From NCBI GenBank assembly GCA_030632305.1, contig DAOVUZ010000001.1, forward strand, positions 1 through 29,108: DNA of 29,108 nt. Reading direction: 5' to 3'. The DNA comes from Dehalococcoidales bacterium (GTDB lineage Bacteria > Chloroflexota > Dehalococcoidia > Dehalococcoidales > DAOVUZ01). The notes beneath the pieces are model-generated. The model had not been told where the DNA came from, ran no database searches, and saw nothing but the letters and a program-made list of their open reading frames with translations. This document shows, piece by piece, positions 26,853 through 29,108 of the stretch (positions are counted from its first letter, which is position 1; every line of letters starts with the position of its first letter). Both the position numbers and the translations under genes were made by a program.

Positions 26853-26912
26853 AGGAGGATTTAGTGGAAGATAGGTCGGCATAGGAGAATTTAGTGGGAG
26901 ATAGGTCGGCAC
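26853..26912 (+). repeat. 30-bp tandem duplication of the dnaA translation-initiation region
   Basis: AGGAGGATTTAGTGGAAGATAGGTCGGCAT / AGGAGAATTTAGTGGGAGATAGGTCGGCAC, 27/30 identical. Confidence 0.9.
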
Positions 26913-28234
26913 AAGAAATCTGGGAAGCTGCTCTGGGTGAGTTGCAAATTCAAGTCAACAAGCCAAACTACCGGACGTGGCTGGAAAAAACTATAGGCTT
27001 AAGTTATCAGGATAATCAGTTTGTTATTGGTGTCCCTAATACCTTTGCCGCTGAATATTTAGACCAGAACCTCCGCTCTTTAATTGAAAAAACTCTTGTT
27101 GGGCTTACCCACTGTGACGCCGAAGTCCTCTTTCAAGTAGATACCCACCATCAAGATACCTCACATAGCTATGGTAGCCGGGAGGGAATCCCCCTCGCCA
27201 CACAAGCAAGCCCCCCCAGATTCAACCCAAAATATACCTTTGATTCCTTCGTTGCCGGTGACAGTAACCACTTAGCTTACACTGCTGCCCAGGGGGTAGC
27301 TGAAAACCCGGGACACAGCCATAACCCGCTATTTATATATGGGGAGGTGGGTTTAGGCAAGACACACTTATTGCATGCTATCGGCCATGTAGCTCTAGCC
27401 AGCCATATGCAGGTGCTTTATGTTAGCGCCGAGCAGTTTACCCATGAGTTTATAAACGCTATTCAACAGCGGAAAACAGAGGAATTCCGCAACAAATATA
27501 GAAGTGTTGATATATTGTTGATTGACGACATCCATTTTATCAGCGGCAAGGAGCACACCGAGGAAAGTTTTTTCCATACCTTTAATGAGCTACATAACGC
27601 TAACCGCCAAATTGCTATTACCAGCAACCACCCCCCCAAATCCATACCCCTGTTAGACGAGAGGCTACGCTCTCGTTTTGAATGGGGGTTAATTGCTGGT
27701 ATCCAATCACCTGATTTTGAAACCCGCCTGGCTATTTTGCGAGCTAAGGCTGAAGAAAAAGGAGTAGCTGTCACTCAAGATGTACTGGAGTTTATTACTC
27801 ACCGAAGTCAACATAACATAAGGGAATTAGAGGGCTGTCTAAACCGGGTTATTGCTTATGCCAAGCTGGTTAGAGCCCTTCTTACCCCAGAGATAGCCGC
27901 TAAGGCACTTGAGGATATAGCCGACAAGGAGCCTAAAAATGCCCTTATTACTCCCAGCTTAATAATAGAAGCAGTGGCCAACAGCTTCCAGCTAACTCCC
28001 CCTGACTTAAGAAGCCGGAAAAGAGATAAGGAAACAGCTTTAGCCCGGCAAGTGGCAATGTATCTAATCAAACAGGAAACCAATTACTCACTGGCCCAAA
28101 TTGGCAAGGAACTGGGAGATAGAGATCATTCAACTGTTACCCACGCTTACGGGAAGATAGCTGGTGATATTGATGCCAGCCCTTCTTTAAAGCGAAAAAT
28201 CCTTGACATCCAGCAAAATATCTCCCCCAGGTAA
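26894..28234 (+). CDS. dnaA: Chromosomal replication initiator DnaA
   Basis: FNPKYTFDSFV, NPLFIYG..GLGKTHL, LLIDDIHF, RLRSRFEWGL, NIRELEG and RDHSTV motifs. Confidence 0.98.
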   Translation: MGDRSAQEIWEAALGELQIQVNKPNYRTWLEKTIGLSYQDNQFVIGVPNTFAAEYLDQNLRSLIEKTLVGLTHCDAEVLFQVDTHHQDTSHSYGSREGIPLATQASPPRFNPKYTFDSFVAGDSNHLAYTAAQGVAENPGHSHNPLFIYGEVGLGKTHLLHAIGHVALASHMQVLYVSAEQFTHEFINAIQQRKTEEFRNKYRSVDILLIDDIHFISGKEHTEESFFHTFNELHNANRQIAITSNHPPKSIPLLDERLRSRFEWGLIAGIQSPDFETRLAILRAKAEEKGVAVTQDVLEFITHRSQHNIRELEGCLNRVIAYAKLVRALLTPEIAAKALEDIADKEPKNALITPSLIIEAVANSFQLTPPDLRSRKRDKETALARQVAMYLIKQETNYSLAQIGKELGDRDHSTVTHAYGKIAGDIDASPSLKRKILDIQQNISPR

Positions 28235-28555
28235 ACAGCAAGGAATTTCTAATCACCATAAACTACCCGACTATAAACAAAACTATCTCGTTTAAAAGTG
28301 CGGGAATTGTTAATGACTTTACCATTTTGTTGATAAGCTCTCTGGAAGTCAGCTTCACTTCTACCCTTGATTCAACTAGGACTAAGGTTTTTACTTCTGG
28401 GGTAGTGTCTCGCCATTATTATAAAGATTAGCTAAATCAATAGAATTAACTAATCTGTTGTTATAGAATAAAGGTTAACAGAATTGTTGATAAAGAAGTG
28501 CATTTAAACAGGATAATAGCTCTCCTCTACCAAGGGAAATGGTGATTAAGTAATA
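28235..28555. other. Candidate oriC
   Basis: AT-rich dnaA-obgE spacer with two TGTTGATAA boxes (28328-28336 and 28485-28493; one mismatch to the consensus) flanking an AT-rich tract at about 28414-28475. Confidence 0.5.
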
Positions 28556-29108
28556 ATGTTTGACTTAGTGGAAATAGTGGTAACAGCGGGTGGTGGTGGT
28601 GACGGAGTGGTCAGCTTTCGGCGGGAGAAGTATGTCCCCTTTGGCGGTCCTGATGGTGGTGATGGCGGCGATGGTGGTGATGTAGTGATTGTGGCTGATT
28701 CTGGTATTAGCCACCTGCGTATATTTGAGCACAAAAGATTTTATAGAGCGGCTGATGGTAAGAAGGGCAAGGGGAAAAAGAAGCACGGCAGGAAAGGGGA
28801 GAACCTGATATTGATGGTGCCGGTGGGGACCGTGGTCTCCGCTAAGACACAAATCAACGGTGATGCCGTTATCGCTGATTTGGAGCAGCATGGTCAGCAG
28901 GCAGTGGTAGCTAAGGGTGGCAAAGGGGGGTTGGGCAATACCCATTTTGCTTCGTCTATCAATCAAGCGCCCCAGATTGCGCAGAAGGGGGAGGCCGGGG
29001 AGGAGTATTCCATAATAATGGAGCTGAGGCTTATTGCTGATGTTGGCATTATCGGTTATCCTAACGTAGGTAAGTCTACCATGCTGGCAGCGGCTTCAGC
29101 CGCTAAAC
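28556..29108 (+). CDS. obgE: GTPase ObgE/CgtA, 3'-truncated by the window edge; not in the ORF track
   Basis: Read by hand: MFDLVEIVVTAGGGGDGVVSFRREKYVPFGGPDGGDGGDGG...ELRLIADVGIIGYPNVGKST. Confidence 0.97.
   Translation, partial: MFDLVEIVVTAGGGGDGVVSFRREKYVPFGGPDGGDGGDGGDVVIVADSGISHLRIFEHKRFYRAADGKKGKGKKKHGRKGENLILMVPVGTVVSAKTQINGDAVIADLEQHGQQAVVAKGGKGGLGNTHFASSINQAPQIAQKGEAGEEYSIIMELRLIADVGIIGYPNVGKSTMLAAASAAK

Noticed and set aside
28565-28966. 133-aa minus-strand ORF and GGT/GGC repeats
   Set aside because: Antisense to obgE; the repeats encode the glycine-rich Obg domain.

Overview
Core-genome window around the probable replication origin of a Chloroflexota bacterium, most likely class Dehalococcoidia. 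This assignment rests on recalled resemblance (a Re-citrate-synthase-like gene, the dnaA-obgE order) and was not checked by search. Gene order: partial PflX-like radical SAM gene; a convergent two-gene unit (PRK/UK-family P-loop kinase + SPS/MfpsA-like GT4 glycosyltransferase); YtcJ-like amidohydrolase divergent from nadE; recA-recX-rny-ymdB-PHP-plsY-zinc-finger membrane protein; HhH-GPD glycosylase; probable Re-citrate synthase; argC; DedA/VTT protein; B12-binding radical SAM; TPR protein-gyrA; NifU-domain protein; ApgM-like protein-aspartate kinase; tRNA-Pro(CGG); mazG; fmt; dnaA; an AT-rich oriC candidate; partial obgE (absent from the ORF track). I found no CRISPR array, integrase or transposase. 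Best leads: (1) the kinase + sugar-phosphate synthase unit, which has no phosphatase and a c-di-GMP-I-like leader; (2) a family of ~95-nt double-hairpin repeats lying between divergent promoters, one copy occupying the start of the ApgM-like gene; (3) a 30-bp duplication of the dnaA initiation region that creates an in-frame 6-codon leader ORF; (4) a TPR/HIRAN-like acidic-tailed protein directly upstream of a tail-less GyrA. All calls come from reading motifs by eye; no searches or folding programs were run.
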